Shown one piece after another: positions 63,053 to 64,000 of a stretch of 64,000 nucleotides of DNA. The stretch comes from Actinomycetes bacterium (GTDB lineage: Bacteria; Actinomycetota; Thermoleophilia; RBG-16-64-13), in assembly GCA_021372435.1 (NCBI GenBank), contig JAJFUK010000128.1, positions 6,095 to 70,094 on the forward strand, written 5' to 3'. A program made the translations under genes and the position numbers. The notes under the pieces were generated by a model, which was given only the letters and a program-made list of their open reading frames with translations, was not told the origin of the DNA and searched no databases. Position 1 is the stretch's first letter; each line of letters opens with the position of its first letter.

Positions 63053-63360
63053 AGGCCGGGCAAAGGAAGAACAGTAACCGGACTTTGGACGCCTGAAGAG
63101 CGGACGGCCATAGAGCAGGGGGCTGAGGCCCTGGGCCTCAGCGCAGAGCAGGCACTCGCTCAATATGGAACTACACCATCGGCGGCTACCAGGTGATGAA
63201 GAAGTGGCTCAGCTATCGGGAGAAGCCGCTCCTGGGGCGGGGCCTCAAGCGCGAGCAGATGCGCGAGGTCGCGCACATGGCCCGGCGGATCGCGACCCTT
63301 CTGCTGGCGCAGCCGGCGCTGGACGCCAACTACCGGGCGGTCAGAAAGAACGCGAAACCG
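63053..63360 (+). pseudogene. Orphan copy of the 3' end of the RM/methyltransferase gene (copy 3, with internal deletion)
   Basis: gccgggcaaaggaagaacagtaaccggactttggacgcctgaagagcggacggccatagagcag... matches 55195-55290, then skips ~90 bp, then matches 55385-55560 (...YQVMKKWLSYREKPLLGRGLKREQMREVAHMARRIATLLLAQPALDANYRAV). Confidence 0.55.
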
Positions 63361-63719
63361 CTGTCGCGAAGGCCGGCTGCAGACAGTCGAAGCGGAGGTG
63401 GCCTACAGCGCCCCAGCTGCGAGGTCCAGGCGACGCTCGTCTGGACGCCGTGCGTGAGTCATTCGGCAGCCGTACAGCCCGTATCGAGGCCCTTTGCCTC
63501 CGAGGAACACAGGCCTTGCTCTCGGCCTCGAAACGATCACTGTCTCCGCATGGTGCAGAAGGTCTGACCGCTCACGATATCTTCTTTGTGCGGGGTGTTG
63601 GATTACGCTCTGAAAGCGACTGTCTGGCTGTTTTCGTTGATTCACGAGAGACTGGGAGGGGCCGCGCCCTGCGGCCCCTCCCAGTCTACGGCCGATATTC
63701 TCGGCTCGGCGATCGAGTG

Positions 63720-63929
63720 CTACTGCTGTGTGCTACCCATGCAGGCGCCGTAGCCACCCTGGCCACCACGGCCATGGCCACCGCGACCGGCGGGCGGACC
63801 GACTTCCGGGTCATCGATCCGGTCGGCGATCTGGTCACTCATGTTCTGCAGCATGAGGTCGGCCCGCTCTTGGGTGATCCTGCCGTCGGCGACCGCGTCG
63901 GCCAGCGCGGCTTTGCGAACCTCCAGCAT
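63720..63929 (-). CDS. Hypothetical small ORF (may continue beyond the window edge)
   Basis: 69-aa ORF with Gly-rich C-terminus. No similarity recognised. Confidence 0.15.
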   Translation of the reverse strand: MLEVRKAALADAVADGRITQERADLMLQNMSDQIADRIDDPEVGPPAGRGGHGRGGQGGYGACMGSTQQ

Positions 63930-64000
63930 GGCGTTGATCAGCGTGTCGGTGCTTATCCCTTTGCCCGCAGCGATCTGGGCCAGGCTTTGGCCATCCTGCC

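Noticed and set aside
55190-63360. Interpreting the three RM 3'-end copies as an invertible shufflon generating target-recognition-domain variants
   Set aside because: The repeated segment is the conserved C-terminal helix region, not the variable TRD. All copies are in the same orientation and no invertase is present. A serial insertion or scar explanation fits better

Overview
High-GC (roughly two-thirds G+C) bacterial chromosomal segment, with actinobacterial/Firmicute-like gene order and almost everything encoded on the + strand. No rRNA, tRNA or CRISPR array was detected by eye.

- **Positions 1-51,100 (conserved core):**
  - cca.
  - A secreted cluster of three paralogous sulfite-oxidase-fold (Mo-domain-like) proteins, one fused to an S-layer-homology (SLH) module and tandem rhodanese domains, beside a WtpABC/ModABC-type tungstate/molybdate transporter.
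  - rpmE, thyX, DUF1385, prfA, a prmC-tsaC fusion, rpiB, glyA, dCMP deaminase.
  - A complete F-type ATP synthase operon (atpZ/I-B-E-F-H-A-G-D-C).
  - murA and two tandem LCP (LytR-CpsA-Psr) genes.
  - A methionine-salvage block (PNP-like hypothetical, ahcY, mtnA, NDP-sugar pyrophosphorylase).
  - comF, hpf, secA, prfB with its programmed +1 frameshift, ftsE, ftsX, an EnvC-like M23 peptidase, ctpA, rsmE, HIT, yqeY.
  - The phoH-pgpH-ybeY-dgkA(-PAP2 fusion)-cdd-like-GNAT-deoC-recO block.
- **Positions 51,200-64,000 (accessory island):** G+C is locally depressed (judged by eye, not computed).
  - vapBC.
  - A 1138-aa single-chain MmeI-like Type IIG restriction-modification enzyme.
  - A T5orf172/DUF4357 protein and a DUF3800 protein.
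  - Two differently defective copies of a small gene whose product carries an acidic E-x-D...E motif but no lysine (nuclease assignment unsupported).
  - A low-GC gene with an Mrr-like D-x-x-D-I-E-C-K-R motif.
  - An MqsR-like toxin plus an MqsA(ZF-HTH)-Panacea antitoxin, and a Fic C-terminal remnant.
  - Two extra diverged copies of the 3' end of the RM gene, which look like scars of serial cassette insertion at this site.
- **Dispersed repeat:** a ~160-bp palindromic MITE-like repeat with ~20-bp terminal inverted repeats occurs in four copies plus one fragment. It contaminates the N-/C-terminal ends of several ORFs.
- **Other notable points:** natural gene fusions (PrmC-TsaC, DgkA-PAP2); a frameshifted N-terminus in the first LCP gene; low-complexity insertions in ModC and DUF1385.
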